This document shows, in pieces, positions 24,901 to 38,100 of a stretch of 64,000 bases of DNA. The DNA comes from Macrostomum lignano (lineage: Eukaryota). The notes below the pieces were generated by a model. The model was not told where the DNA came from and ran no database searches. It saw only the letters and a program-made list of their open reading frames with translations. Numbering within the stretch: position 1 is the stretch's first letter; the number at the start of each line of letters is the position of its first letter. Position numbers and translations under genes: made by a program. The stretch is from NCBI GenBank assembly GCA_002269645.1, contig NIVC01002990.1:62933-126932 (forward strand), written 5' to 3'.

Positions 24901-27900
24901 GTACCGGGCGGAGTCAGGTAGACATTGGCGCCAACAAAAGATCCGAACAGTTCGTGCAGAATGCTCAGCTTTTGATAAACGCGATCGTGAAACACCTGCG
25001 GACAGAGGAGGCGCAGCGAACAGCCCGACTGGTAGAACTGCCAGGTCTGGCTGGCCAGTGCGCGGCCCTCCGGGTTGTGCGTCTCGCGCTTGCCTGTGGC
25101 GCCGTGCGGGGCGGAGTAGTGGCTTTGATTGGCTTGATTTTATTTGAGTGTGGCGTGATGGCCCAGAGCTGAGGATCTGGGAGGCTGGCCCAGCAACTGA
25201 CACTCTGGGAGGCTGGCTTAGCAACTGAGGATCTGGAAGCTGGCCCAGCAACTGAGGATCTGGTAGACTGGCCCAGCAACTGAGGAACTGGGAGGCTGGC
25301 CCAGCAACTGAGGAACTGGGAGGCTGGCCCAGCAACTGAGGATCTGGAAGGTTGGCCCAGCAGCTGAGGATCTGGGAGGCTGGCCCAGCAACTGAGGATC
25401 TGGAAGGTTGGCCCAGCAACTGAGGAACTAGGAGGCTGGCCCAGCCCAGCAACTGAGGAACTGGGAGGCTGGCCCAGCCCAGCAACTGAGGATCTGGAAG
25501 GTTGGCCCAGCAACTGAGGAACTGGGAGGCTGGCCCAGCAACTGAGGATCTGGAAGGTTGGCCCAGCAACTGAGGAACTGGGAGGCTGGCTTAGCAACTG
25601 AGGATCTGGGAAGCTGGCCCAGCAGCTGAGGATCTGGGAGGTTGGCCCAGCAGCTGAGGATCTGGGAGGTTGGCCCAGCAGCTGAGGATCTGGGAGGTTG
25701 GCCCAGCAACTGAGGATCTGGGAGGTTGGCAGTGCAGGCCTTGCAACTAAGGATCTGAGAGACTGTCAGTAGCTCAACAACTGAGGATCTGGGAGGCTGG
25801 CGATGGCCCAGCAACTGAGGATCTGAGAGACTGTCAGTAGCTCAACAACTGAGGATCTGGGAGGCTGGCGATGGCCCAGCAACTGAGGATCTGAGAGACT
25901 GTCAGTAGCTCAACAACTGAGGATCTGGGACGTTTCGGTGGCGTTCGAAAATGAAGGTTGTGATAAGTCTTAAGTTCACTATGCATGGATCAGTTTGGTT
26001 GGCAGTGGAGATTACTAATGCTGCTAACGATATCAGAGTAGTTCGGCGAGTGGCGGTAAAGAATCCGGGGATCAGAAGCAGTCTATTTAATTAGTCTAGA
26101 ATTAGAATAGAGTCTATAAACGATTTTTGAACTGCATCAAATCCCAGTCTCATTATTGAATTAATTGGGGCATTTAAAATATCTAGAAATCTATAAATAA
26201 TCGGCGCTGGATACTCAATTTTGCTAATAATAAGCCACCCCCTGCCACCAGCAGAAATACATCAGACTATTTAAGGCAAACCAAAATAATAAAACACGGT
26301 AAACAAAGAACCACTGACTTGAAACGGGAAATTTTGGAAAACAGCTCGAAAGAGATTTTCGAAGGGTTTAACGAAACCTGAGAAGGTTTGGTAAAAACAC
26401 ACAAAGGGCCTGTTGCACTGCGAAAATCTTCGGGCTTATAGGATAACAGGAAAATTGTTTGTAGGTCTGGTCTGAGGAAATAAAACACTAAGAACTGACT
26501 TAGAATCGAAATCTGGGAATCGGTCAAGCCCTTAGCCATAACAATTACACACCGCGCTTCCATTGGTGCTTCTTGCATTGGGGTCTTTATCTTCTTGCTT
26601 AATGAAGCGTTGCTCTTCCGTGTGATAGCACTGCTATATTCCTCTCTGATAGCACTGCTATTCCCCTGTGATAGCACTGCTATTCCCCTGTGATAACACT
26701 GCTATTCCCCTGTGATAGCACTGCTATATTCCTCTCTGATAGCACTGCTATTTCCCTGTGATAGCACTGATATTCCCCTGTGATAGCACTGCTATTCCCC
26801 CGTGATAGCACTGGCTATTCCCTGTGATATAGCACTGCTATTCCCCTGTGATAGCACTGCTATTCCGGTGTGATAGCACTGATATTCCCCTGTGATAACA
26901 CTGCTATTTCCCCGTCATAGCACTGGCTATTCCCTGTGATATAGCACTGATATTCCCCTGTGATAGCACTGCTATTCCCCTGTGATAACACTGCTATTCC
27001 CCTGTGATAGCACTGCTATTCCCCTGTGATAGCACTGCTATTCTCCTGTGATAACACTGCTATTCCCCTGTGATAGCACTGCTATATTCCTCTCTGATAG
27101 CACTGCTATTCCCCTGTGATAGCACTGATATTCCCCTGTGATAGCACTGCTATTCCCCTGTCATAGCACTGGCTATTCCCCTGTGATAGCACTGCCATTC
27201 CCCTGTCATAGCACTGGCTATTCCCCTGTGATAGCACTGCTATTCCCCCGTGATAACACTGCTATTCCCCTGTGATGACACTGCTATTCCCCTGTGATAG
27301 CACTGCTATATTCCTCTCTGATAGCACTGCTATTCCCCTGTGATAGCACTGCTATTCCCCTGTGATAGCACTGCTATATTCCTCTCTGATAGCACTGCTA
27401 TTCCCCTGTGATAGCACTGCTATTCCCCTGTGATAGCACTGCTATTCCCCTGTGATAACACTGCTATTCCCCTGTGATAGCACTGCTATTCCCCTGTGAT
27501 AACACTGCTATTCCCCTGTGATAGCACTGCTATATTCCTCTCTGATAGCACTGCTATTCCCCTGTGATAGCACTGATATTCCCCTGTGATAGCACTGCTA
27601 TTCCCCTGTCATAGCACTGGCTATTCCCCTGTGATAGCACTGCCATTCCCCTGTCATAGCACTGGCTATTCCCCTGTGATAGCACTGCTATTCCCCCGTG
27701 ATAACACTGCTATTCCCCTGTGATAACACTGCTATTCCCCTGTGATAGCACTGCTATATTCCTCTCTGATAGCACTGCTATTTCCCTGTGATAGCACTGC
27801 TATTCCCCTGTGATAGCACTGCTATATTCCTCTCTGATAGCACTGCTATTCCCCTGTGATAGCACTGCTATTCCCCTGTGATAACACTGCTATTTCCCTG

Positions 27901-29775
27901 TGATAGCACTGCTATATTCCTCTCTGATAGCACTGCTATTCCCCTGTGATAGCACTGCTATTCCCCTGTGATAACACTGCTATTCCCCTGTGATAGCACT
28001 GCTATATTCCTCTCTGATAGCACTGCTATTCCCCTGTGATAGCACTGCTATTCCCCTGTGATAGCACTGCTATTCCCCTGTGATAACACTGCTATTCCCC
28101 TGTGATAGCACTGCTATATTCCTCTCTGATAGCACTGCTATTTCCCTGTGATAGCACTGCTATTCCCCTGTGATAACACTGCTATTCCCCTGTCATAGAA
28201 CTGCTATTCCCCTGTGATAGCACTGCTATTCCCCCGTGATAGCACTGGCTATTCCCTGTGATATAGCACTGCTATTCCCCTGTGATAGCACTGCTATTCC
28301 CCTGTGATAGCACTGATATTCCCCTGTGATAACACTGCTATTTCCCCGTCATAGCACTGGCTATTCCCTGTGATATAGCACTGCTATTCCCCTGTGATAG
28401 CACTGCTATTCCCCTGTGATAGCACTGATATTCCCCTGTGATAACACTGCTATTTCCCTGTCATAGCACTGCTATTCCCCTGTGATAACACTGCTATTTC
28501 CCTGTCATAGCACTGGCTATTCCCCTGTGATAGCACTGCTATTCCCCCGTGATAGCACTGGCTATTCCCTGTGATATAGCACTGCTATTCCCCTGTGATA
28601 GCACTGCTATTCCCCTGTGATAGCACTGCTATTCCCCTGTGATAACACTGCTATTTCCCTGTCATAGCACTGATATTCCCCTGTGATAACACTGCTATTT
28701 CCCTGTCATAGCACTGGCTATTCCCCTGTGATAGCTGATAGCACTGCTATTCCTCCGTGATAGCACTGGCTATTCCCCTATGATAGCACTGCTATTCCTC
28801 CGTGATAGCACTGGCTATTCCCCTGTGATAGCACTGCTATTCCCCTGTGATAACACTGCTATTCCCCTGTGATAGCACTGCTATTCCCCTGTGATAGCAC
28901 TGCTATTCCCCTGTGATAACACTGCTATTCCCCTGTGATAGCACTGGCTATTCCCCTGTGATAGCACTGCTATTCCCCTGTGATAGCACTGCTATTCCCC
29001 CGTGATAGCACTGGCTATTCCCCTGTGATAGCACTGCTATTCCTCTGTGATTTCCCTAATCTTCCCCTTCCAATCGTACCATCTCTATAGCTGGTAACGT
29101 CCAGATGTTCGCCAAACATAACCCGATGATTGCGCAGCATTGAGTCGAAATCGGCCGTACTAAACCAGTCGTCATAGTGACTGGGAGAATTGCGCTTCAC
29201 TAACAGCGGCTTGCGCTCCCAATAGGTGCCAAAGAACTGCTCAGTACTAATTGGAGCGATGATCTCTTTGAAGACCTCAGTGGCTTCGACAATCGGATCG
29301 ATCACAGAGTCATCCTCAGTGTCGGAGTTGCTTCCAATTTCAGCGGATGAGTCACTGCCAATTGGCATCGCTGAGGCTACTGAGCCGGCCTGCTTTGGTT
29401 GGCAAGACTCCGAATGTTTGTTTCTTTTTTCCGCTTCTTTTTCTTGCCAGACAAGGCAGCCCCATTAGAAGCTACTTGATGCTGTTGTGGCTTCAACTTC
29501 ATACTACTAGAAGTAGTGCTAGTAGTACTCGGAGATTTGGAAAATGCCTTCTCTACTTTTGCAGAGACGGACTGTTCCTGCAGTTTTGCTTTCTTTTTCT
29601 TACTACTGCCAGTAGCAGCATTGGCACTGTTTTCTGTGCTATTATTAGAATGCTGCCGTTTTTTCTCGCGATTGACTTGTTGATCCTGCAGTTGGGTTGC
29701 CGGTGGCTGCTGCTTTAAGCGCTGATAGGCAGCATAGGCTGAGACCTGCTGTTTGCCTAATTTCAAGTCTGCCAT
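21964..29775 (-). CDS. RIOX1: Ribosomal oxygenase 1 / NO66 (JmjC histidyl hydroxylase/demethylase), ~608 aa; exons 29775-29080, 25093-24779, 24261-23846, 22362-21964
   Basis: Diagnostic [55 protein letters not shown] (HxD), [16 protein letters not shown] (distal H), EFRRGLP, DALPP. Splice phases 1, 1, 0 are consistent. One 1-bp deletion in T6 at 29425-29430 is needed in exon 1. Confidence 0.93.
23335..23755. repeat. 20-bp G-rich minisatellite (GCGGAGAGGATGTAGGGAGA), RIOX1 intron 3
   Basis: About 21 near-perfect units. Confidence 0.95.
24415..24720. repeat. Polypurine minisatellite (AGAGACGGGGAAAGGGAAG, 17-21 bp), RIOX1 intron 2
   Basis: Directly visible variable-length units. Confidence 0.9.
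25165..25930. repeat. 28-bp minisatellite (AGGCTGGCCCAGCAACTGAGGATCTGGG) ending in 68-bp composite units, RIOX1 intron 1
   Basis: Tandem units; GACTGTCAGT recurs at 25761, 25829 and 25897. Confidence 0.92.
26615..29050. repeat. 22-bp satellite (TGATAGCACTGCTATTCCCCTG), ~2.4 kb, RIOX1 intron 1
   Basis: More than 100 tandem units, each with an ATAGCA-C-TGCTAT quasi-palindrome; variant blocks recur. Confidence 0.96.
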
Positions 29776-29819
29776 ATCTTTCTCTATTAGTATTGTGCTG
29801 GCAGAAATGAGAAGCAAAA

Positions 29820-30552
29820 CATTGCTGAGATGTCAAGGCTCACGGGTGGAATTGCTGAGATGTCAAGGCTCATGGGGGAATTGCTGGGATGTTAAGACTC
29901 ACGGGTGAAATTGCTGAGATGTCAAGGCTCACAGGTGGAATTGCTGAGATGTCAAGGCTCATGGGGGGAATTGCTGAGATCTCAAGGCTCATGGGGGAAT
30001 CGCTGAGATGTCAAGACTCACGGGTGGAATCGCTGAGATTTCAAGGCTCATGGTGGAATCGCTGAGATCTCAAGGCTCATGGTGGAATCGCTGAGATCTC
30101 AAGGCTCATGGGGGAATCGCTGAGATGTCAAGACTCACGGGTGGAATCGCTGAGATTTCAAGGCTCATGGTGGAATCGCTGAGATCTCAAGGCTCATGGT
30201 GGAATCGCTGAGATCTCAAGGCTCACGGGTGGAATCGCTGAGATCTCAAGGCTCATGGTGGAATCGCTGAGATTTCAAGGCTCACGGGTGGAATCGCTGA
30301 GATCTCAAGGCTCATGGTGGAATCGCTGAGATTTCAAGGCTCATGGTGGAATCGCTGAGATCTCAAGGCTCATGGTGGAATCGCTGAGATCTCAAGGCTC
30401 ATGGTGGAATCGCTGAGATTTCAAGGCTCACGGGTGGAATCGCTGAGATCTCAAGGCTCATGGTGGAATCGCTGAGATTTCAAGGCTCATGGTGGAATCG
30501 CTGAGATCTCAAGGCTCATGGTGGAATCGCTGAGATCTCAAGGCTCATGGGG
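29820..30552. repeat. 29/30-bp minisatellite (GGAATCGCTGAGATCTCAAGGCTCATGGT) immediately upstream of RIOX1 ATG
   Basis: About 25 tandem units. Confidence 0.93.
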
Positions 30553-32716
30553 GAACGATATAGTAATACAGTATACAATATCTTTTAGTATTATTTATAT
30601 AAGTTCAATTACCCAACAGAACTCTGAGCAAATTGTCTCAAAGCTGCTCTATAATAAAAATAAATAGGCAGTTAAAAATAGTGTATATTTCAAACATTCA
30701 ATTTGCCTAATATGAGTAATATTTAATAAGACTAATGTTGATGTCTACACTTAATTCAAAATTGCCTTGCACATCTTGTGTCATCTACAAGCTATAGAAT
30801 TGTATTTGCAATAACAACCCTGACAATGCCAATAAGCCCAGAGCATAGCAAACGGTCTTCTATCCCATTGCCATACAATTTTTATAGCATTTCTTTAAAT
30901 TGCCCAAGGCACATGGTAAATAGAAGAAGTGGTGTAAAGACCTGAAGGCCAAAACATCGAAAATGCTCATTCAAGATACACAAATAAGAAGGGATTCACA
31001 GCTTGACATGCTGGTGTCTTTTCAGGCCCAGATAATTAGAGACCTTTTAATTTGTCCCTACATTTGTCTATTTTAAGTAGTATTAAAGATAACCCAATAA
31101 CACTAGAAGCTATCTTTAAATAAATAGAGAATTTGGAGTGACTTGTTAATATCAACTTCAAAATCTATTCATTAGGTGCAACTTGTTTAATTGTATAGCA
31201 CCCAGCATAAATTGGCTGCCACATTGACCAATTCCAAGTGGAATCTTATTAGTTTACTAATTTTCCTGTTGCAACCAATTCAAGATCTAGGACTTTGGCT
31301 CTCTGAGGGACTAGTGAGCATTATTTTACCCAAGGTAAATATACAAATTAAATGTTCTATTGCATTATTGAATTACTAGGATGTGAATGATATGTATTTA
31401 CATACATGTTTTGTAAATACTTTATATATAGTATTGGACATACACTGTATAATTATATTAATATATTGTACCTATTGTACATGTGTGTACAGTGTATTCA
31501 AGTAGGCACATAGGAAATATGTATAACATTTTCTACTTTGAAAATTCACAGATTTGTAGACTCTGTAAATTTCTTAAGGCAGCAACTAACCCACTCTCTG
31601 AGCTTTCTGAGTCTATCCAAAGTTGCTTTGCTATTGTTCTAAGCATAGAAAACAAGGGTTTTATTATTTTAACAATGTTAGATCTCTACTATTGCAATCT
31701 TGGATTTCAATGTGACCCTAATGGCATTGCTTGGGCTTGATATAGTGCTCCAGGTGACAATTGCTATGAGTAGTAGCAAAATAGACAACCTAGATAACAG
31801 TAACAAGACTATTACAACTAGTGCTCTAAGCAGCTCCATGATTACTGCCATAGAAAAGCATAGCGTATATAATCTTGAGGATCGCAATGATTAGTCTTTT
31901 AGAGCAGTTGGCATGCATAGCTTACCATGGCCAAATTTGATTTAGATGCCATAGCTCTTTGTAGCTGACAAATTTAGTTGCTATATCCTAGAAGTTCTAT
32001 TGGTCTAACCTAGGGACACTAAGACTTAGATAGCAAATACTCTATACTGGTAGTCAGTGAACAAATTAAATACCTATAGCTAGCCATTTAGCTTTAAAGA
32101 CTAAAGGCCTCATTGTCATAGAGAAATGCAATAGGTTGTTAACTAAGACAGCTTAGCCTTAAATGCTTCTTTTCATAGATTTTAACTTGAATGTTTAATA
32201 GCAAAAACATTGATTATATTAACATTGACACTAAAGTTATTAGTGTAACCTAAATGATTTAATATTTTTGAACATTATTTTTTTGCTAAAAATTAATTGG
32301 ATGCCATTTTAATATTCTGCTTATTCATTGTTGCTACTTCACACAAAACTTTTCATAGAAAGAGTTTCTTTGTAAAACCATTATAATTTTTATTTATACT
32401 TCAATATAGGCCTAGCTAAATAACAAGTCAAAACTGTTTAGGTTATACTCTTTAAAACCTTGATCAATATAAATTTATGCTATATATACATATATTACAT
32501 AGTCATGATCATGGCATGCTTGCAATGGAACAATCAAATAAGTTTCCTTGTGCCATGTGCCGATACTTAAAAATACAAAAAAACAAAAATCAGTACTTTT
32601 GTTTAAAAAATATCAATAAAACTTATATTTAAATCTGCTTCATAGAAAATACAATGCATTTCAATGTATCTTAATTTAACATATTTTTATTTATTTTACA
32701 TATTGAGTTAACATAT

Positions 32717-33748
32717 TGTGGTAGGCCGGTCTACCACTGGGGCTCCTGCAACAGTTGGCAATGCGTGAAGCGCCTCCACCTGGTGGGACAATATTTGATG
32801 TCATTTCTGCTCTCCCGGATGAACTGTGCGCTTTCCCCTCGTTGCCCCCACCTTTTGTCCAATTGTTGCCCCTTCCCTTGGTCCTGCTTTGTTTTGCTGT
32901 GTTCCTCCCGGGGTTTGTCCCCTTTTTCCCACCAGTGTTCCCCTTGGTGTTCCCCTAATTGGATCCATGTAAGAATTTTGTATAAAAATCATTATGTTTA
33001 CTTCTTCTTCTTCTGCCCTCCCTTCAACTACTGTTTTTCCTGCTCTTGCCTCTGTTTAGTTAAGTTGTGAATTTGTAGTTAACCGCCTGTTTGGCACTGT
33101 CTCGTAATCATCCGTCAAATTTAATAGGGTGCGACATTCATTTTATTGCCTAAATCCATTCATTAGTCAACTAACTCGTCAATTGCTTATTAACCTCGTG
33201 GAAAAAATAATTTTCTATATCATTGACTACAATAGTAATTGCTAATGATTGCTAATAGTAACAAACAATAATACTAAGTTTTATATTAATATTTATCCAG
33301 TTGGTCTTAATTGAAGCCTCTAGTTTATATTGAGTTCTTTGCCCACGGGGCATAAAATAACCAATCAGTCTCAACTCAAAGAAAGCTCTGAGACCCTCAA
33401 CGTTCCGTAAAATGACATTTATGGTAGTGGCAGCACTACTTTACTACTGAAAGTAACACAACTAGCAATCTTGACGAATTAAAAGTTTACGGTGTCTGAG
33501 GACCCATTTTGAACGACCCGGGCCACTACAAGACCGCTCGACTACGATTACAACTACCCTCCCCCTGGAATTGAGGACCCTGGCAGACGGAGTATCCAAG
33601 GAGAAGACTCAACGCAGCAATTTGTGCAATTTTCCATCTTTACGCATGCCGAGACAATGCCGGCGGAAATTCAAACGTAGAATCCGCCCCACCTCACTGG
33701 TGTCGACCAACAATTCAAAAAACCTAAATCTTCTCCACCCCCACCTCA
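32717..33748 (+). repeat. 5' LTR (1032 bp)
   Basis: Starts TGTGGTAGG, ends CACCTCA; ~95-96% identical to 41092-42136 by manual comparison. Confidence 0.93.
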
Positions 33749-33749
33749 T

Positions 33750-33769
33750 TGGTGTCAGCCAAGTGGGAT
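33750..33769 (+). promoter_or_regulatory. Primer-binding site, tRNA-Leu type
   Basis: TGGTGTCAG(CC)AAGTGGGAT is complementary to the 3' end of tRNA-Leu (...ATCCCACTTCTGACACCA) with a 2-nt insertion. Confidence 0.75.
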
Positions 33770-33815
33770 AACGAAACAAAAAAATCATTTCAATGAGTCG
33801 TTTAAAATTAACGTC

Positions 33816-35167
33816 ATGGCTTTGACAACTAACTCAAAGGCTGCGGATGCGACAACCGACACCGCGGGCCCCGACAACTCAACTACTAGGCCGACCTACA
33901 ACGAGATGATTCGAGCAGTGACTGAGGAGGTGAGGCGGCGACTGGAGCAGGCCAACTTGGGACAGCCGCAGCACCATCACCACGTGTATCAGCTGCCCCA
34001 ACAGCCTGACCGAGCTCCAGCGCCGAAACCGGTCAAGATTCAGCGGTACACTCCAAACTAGGACTTTGACGTCTGGATCCAGGCCCTCGAGGAGCATTGC
34101 AAACTCAACGGGATCGTGGACGACAGACGTAAGAAGGCGGAAGTCTTAGTGAATTTGGATATCGCCACCACCTATCCTGCAGTCGTCAGGATGGAACTGC
34201 CAGACAATCTGACGTTTGGCGAATTCAAGCAGAGATTGTCCAAGCGCTTCACGCACGTGGCCGACACGCTGGAGTACCGTGAGCAATTCCGGTGCTGCCA
34301 GCAAGGCAAGAATGAGAGTGTGGATGACTACAGCGATCGATTAATTGCTCTGGCCGATAGAGCATTCCCGCACTTCACCCCGGTTCAGAAACAGGCCGAG
34401 CTAGTGGACCAGTTCACCGTGGGAGTGCGAATTGCCCAGTCAGCCAGAGAACAGCTAATCCTGGTGCGACCGCAAAATCTAACCACAGCAAGAAGGGCTG
34501 TGCTATGCCTAGAGACAGCAGCTAGCCTGGCTCAGCGAGTAGCACCACTACCAGCAGCGAGACATGTCTGGGTTCTCGAGGATGACGATGGTCAGTCACC
34601 AACTGGAGTGCAACACAAGTCATCTCGGCCCGAGGAGAATTGGTTGCATGAAGTGATGGAACAGCAAACTGAGACACTGCAAGAGCAGCGACGTCTACTA
34701 GAAGCTTTGAGCAATGAGCTGCGAGAGTTCCACTCACTGGGATCGCGCAATAACAACACCCAGGAGCATTGGGAATCTGCTTGCCACTAGCTGCAGGACT
34801 CTTGGGGCCAACACAACAGATGTTTGGTGCCCTCGACTCCTCGCCGCAATGCCGACGAGAGCGCCCAATTCAAGACACCCGGCACACGGATTGTGCAGCA
34901 TGAGCAGTTCCATTGACTTCAGCAACCACAAGATGGCAGCAACCCGCCGCCAAGGACGCCGCCAGCAGGAGGTCAACGTCAATAGCAGCAGCAGCAGCAG
35001 CAGCAACAGCGACAGCCGAGTTCAAGGCCGCTGCCTTATCAGCTGCGGTGACAAAGTGCAATGTGTTACAGGTGTAACCGCGAGCACCGCGCTGACGAGT
35101 GACCGCAATGGCAGTCGGCTAGCACCGCTTCCCAGCGCAACGGCAGCTCGGGAAATGGGATAGCTGG
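33816..35167 (+). pseudogene. gag: gypsy gag with in-frame stops
   Basis: Read-through of ORFs 33816-34061 and 34116-34790 gives a retrotransposon gag-like core (QGKNESVDDY...LADRAF...DQF). A broken CCHC knuckle CYRCNREHRADE* lies at 35064-35102. Confidence 0.8.
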
Positions 35168-38100
35168 ATGCGCCAATGGGGGCAGCGCCATCCAGCAGCC
35201 AAGCCAGCACTAAAGTCCCCGCCAAGGACTTTAGTCGCTCAGCAGGCCACTGCTGAGACCACCTCTGCTGCACCTGTACAGAACTCTGCACCCAAGCAAC
35301 CTCAAAGGGATCCGTTTCTAACTGGTGAGATTCAGGGTCATTATTTTGCTTTTCTGCTTGACACCGGCTCCAAGTGCAAAGTCCTAGGATTCAGCACCTG
35401 GCACCGACTATGTACAGATGACCCGACCCTGCGTGGCCAAATCGAGCCCTGCCTGCAACGCATTGTGACTTATAATGGTGAACCTATTCAAATGGCAGGC
35501 CAACTAACAATCAAAGTTAAAATTGAAGTTTTGAGCCTATAGTCAAGTTTCTGCTAGTGAAGGGATCTCATGACAACATCCTGGGCTTCGAGTTTCTGGA
35601 GAACTACAGCACCTCCCTGGATCTCGCCGCTGGGATGCTATTTTTCAAGGATGGCACTGCCGCACCACTGCGCTATACGCAAACTGAAGCTACTACGTGC
35701 AGAATCTACACAGCTGAGAGCACAACTGTGCCGCCGTTATCATCAGCCCGAATCAAGATTAAACTAGCAAAAGGACGAGAAGAAAACCAGGGTACACCTG
35801 CTATGATTGAGCTGCTAAAACCAGCTTGGCATGAAGAAGATGTGCAGCAACTGGACGCTGCGCCTGCCCTAATATCTATGGCCAATGGAGAAGGCGCTAT
35901 TGAAATTATCAATCGAGGCACTACATCTATCAAAGTGCGAGCAAATGCCCTAGTGGGGATAGCAAGACAAATCAGACTGCCTGAGTTACAATTCTTTCTG
36001 CTACCAAAGTCAGAAGCTTCAGTTAATCAAGTTCAAGACGAAGATCCTGACGCTTGGATCAAAGAGATCGACATCGGCGAGGACTTGTCCAATGACCAGC
36101 GCGCTCAAGTCATTGAGCTATTGAAGAAGTACAAGACCATCTTCTTGCAGGGGCCACACAATCTCGGCCGAACCCACTTGGTCACCCACAACATTGTATT
36201 GAAGGACAAGAATCCTGTACATCTGCTGACCCAGCGGATTCTGCTGCATCTGCTGCCCAAGGTGGACCAGCTACTTGACGATCTGCTTGCCAAAGGCGTG
36301 ATTAGACTGAGCTTCTCCAGCTACAACACCCTGCTAGTGATCATCCCAAAGAAGGACGGCAGCCTGAGAATTGTACAAGACTTCAGGAGTCTGAACCAAA
36401 AGTGCGAGTACTTTCCGTACCTGATACCGAACATCCAGGAAGCATTCGCTAGCCTCGAAGGAAGCCAGCTATTCAGCACGTTCAACTTGAACAGCGGCTA
36501 CTATCAGATTCCACTGCGTCCAGAGGATCAAGATCTGACGGCCTTTGCCAGGCTGCACCGCAGACAATTCGCCTACAATATGATGCCTATGGGATTAAGT
36601 TTGGTGCCAGCCAGCTTCATGTGCCTCATGAATGCTGTGCTCAATGGGATCGCCTACAAAAGTGCAATAGCCTATCTGGATGACATAATTGTCTATTCTA
36701 AGAAATTTAACGACCATCTACAGCATATGGAAGAAGTATTTAAGCCAATTCAAGACGCCAACCTAAAGTTCAAAGGCAGGAAGTGCCATTTATTTTGGGC
36801 AAGTCTAAACTATCTGGGACATCTAGTTACTAAGGACGGAATCAAGACCAATCTGGCGAAGATTGAGGCTATTCACACCTGGCCAAGACGAAGAACAGCT
36901 CAACAACTTAAAAGTTTTGTCTGCACGTGCGCTTACTATGCTAAATTCATACCTGGCTATGCAGAACTTGCAGCTCTGCTCCACAACATAATTAAGGAAA
37001 AGAAGATTAGAAATTTCAATTGTCTATGGGGAAAAGCCCAGCAAGATGCGTTTGATCAGCTCAAAGCAGCCATGACTTTGATATCAGTGCTCGGGTATCT
37101 GCAGTTCAGTGAGGATCCTAATGTTATGTTTATCCTGCACACAATGCTTCTGCGACCAGAATCGGAGCCTGTCTGAGCCAACGCCAAGCTGACGGGATCG
37201 AGCGCCCAATTGGCTATTTCTCCCGGCGACTTAAACTAGCTGAAGCCCGATATCCAATTACTAAGCAAGAAATCTTGGCAGTCGTAGATGGGATGCGGCA
37301 CTTCCGCTTTTACCTGCTGGCCAAGAAGTTCAATTGCCGAACCGACCATGCAGCATTGACCTGGATTCTCCAGCGAACTCAGCAAGTAGGCATCTTCGGA
37401 TGATGGCTACAGTGGCTAAGCGAATTCGAGTTCGAAATCCAGCATTGCGAATTGAGTCAGCACCAAAACACCGACGGTCTCTTGAGACGGCCCAATGACA
37501 ACACCAAATGCTTGGAGAAGGCTCAGCAAGAGGCAGCTGATGAGGACCAAAGTAAGCAGCCAGCCACAATAACTGGCGCAGCGGCGCCAAAGGTCCACAA
37601 CAGCAGCCACCCTAGCCCTCCACCGAACAAGAAGCCGATGACTCGCCGGAAACGTCGAAGACCGCCAATGAAGTCGAAGGAGTCCAACGGCGAGGCTACG
37701 CCGCCAGTAACACCGACAGCCAACAGCAAGCCGCTGACAGAGCTGCACCCGCCGGCAACGAAGCTGAGGCCAATGGCCAGCCATTATGATGACTCGCAGA
37801 GGTTGCCTACCAGTTTCAGTAGCACAACATGTTGCCCGTCAAGGAGCCGCCGACTACTAGCTGGAGATGGCACGGACAGCGACCACAGTGCAGCCAGAGA
37901 GGACAGCTGCCAACCCGCTCGCTGCTCGAAGTTCGAGAAAAGAGTGAGATTCAGCAGCAACGCGGACAGCTCTGTTGACTTATCATCATGTGCTGACAAA
38001 TCTGAATCCGACAACAGTGATGCTGAAACTACCGACGAGGATCGACCTTCGGGCACATCAGCAGCATGGCAACTGGTTCAAGTAGCAATCATGCGGAGGG

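Noticed and set aside
23270-25814. Long ORFs of 533, 228, 233 and 210 aa as separate genes
   Set aside because: They are read-through of RIOX1 exons into stop-free intronic minisatellites.
26615-30552. Palindromic 22-bp and 29/30-bp arrays as CRISPR arrays
   Set aside because: Units are head-to-tail with no unique spacers, there are no cas genes, and the context is a eukaryotic intron or upstream region.
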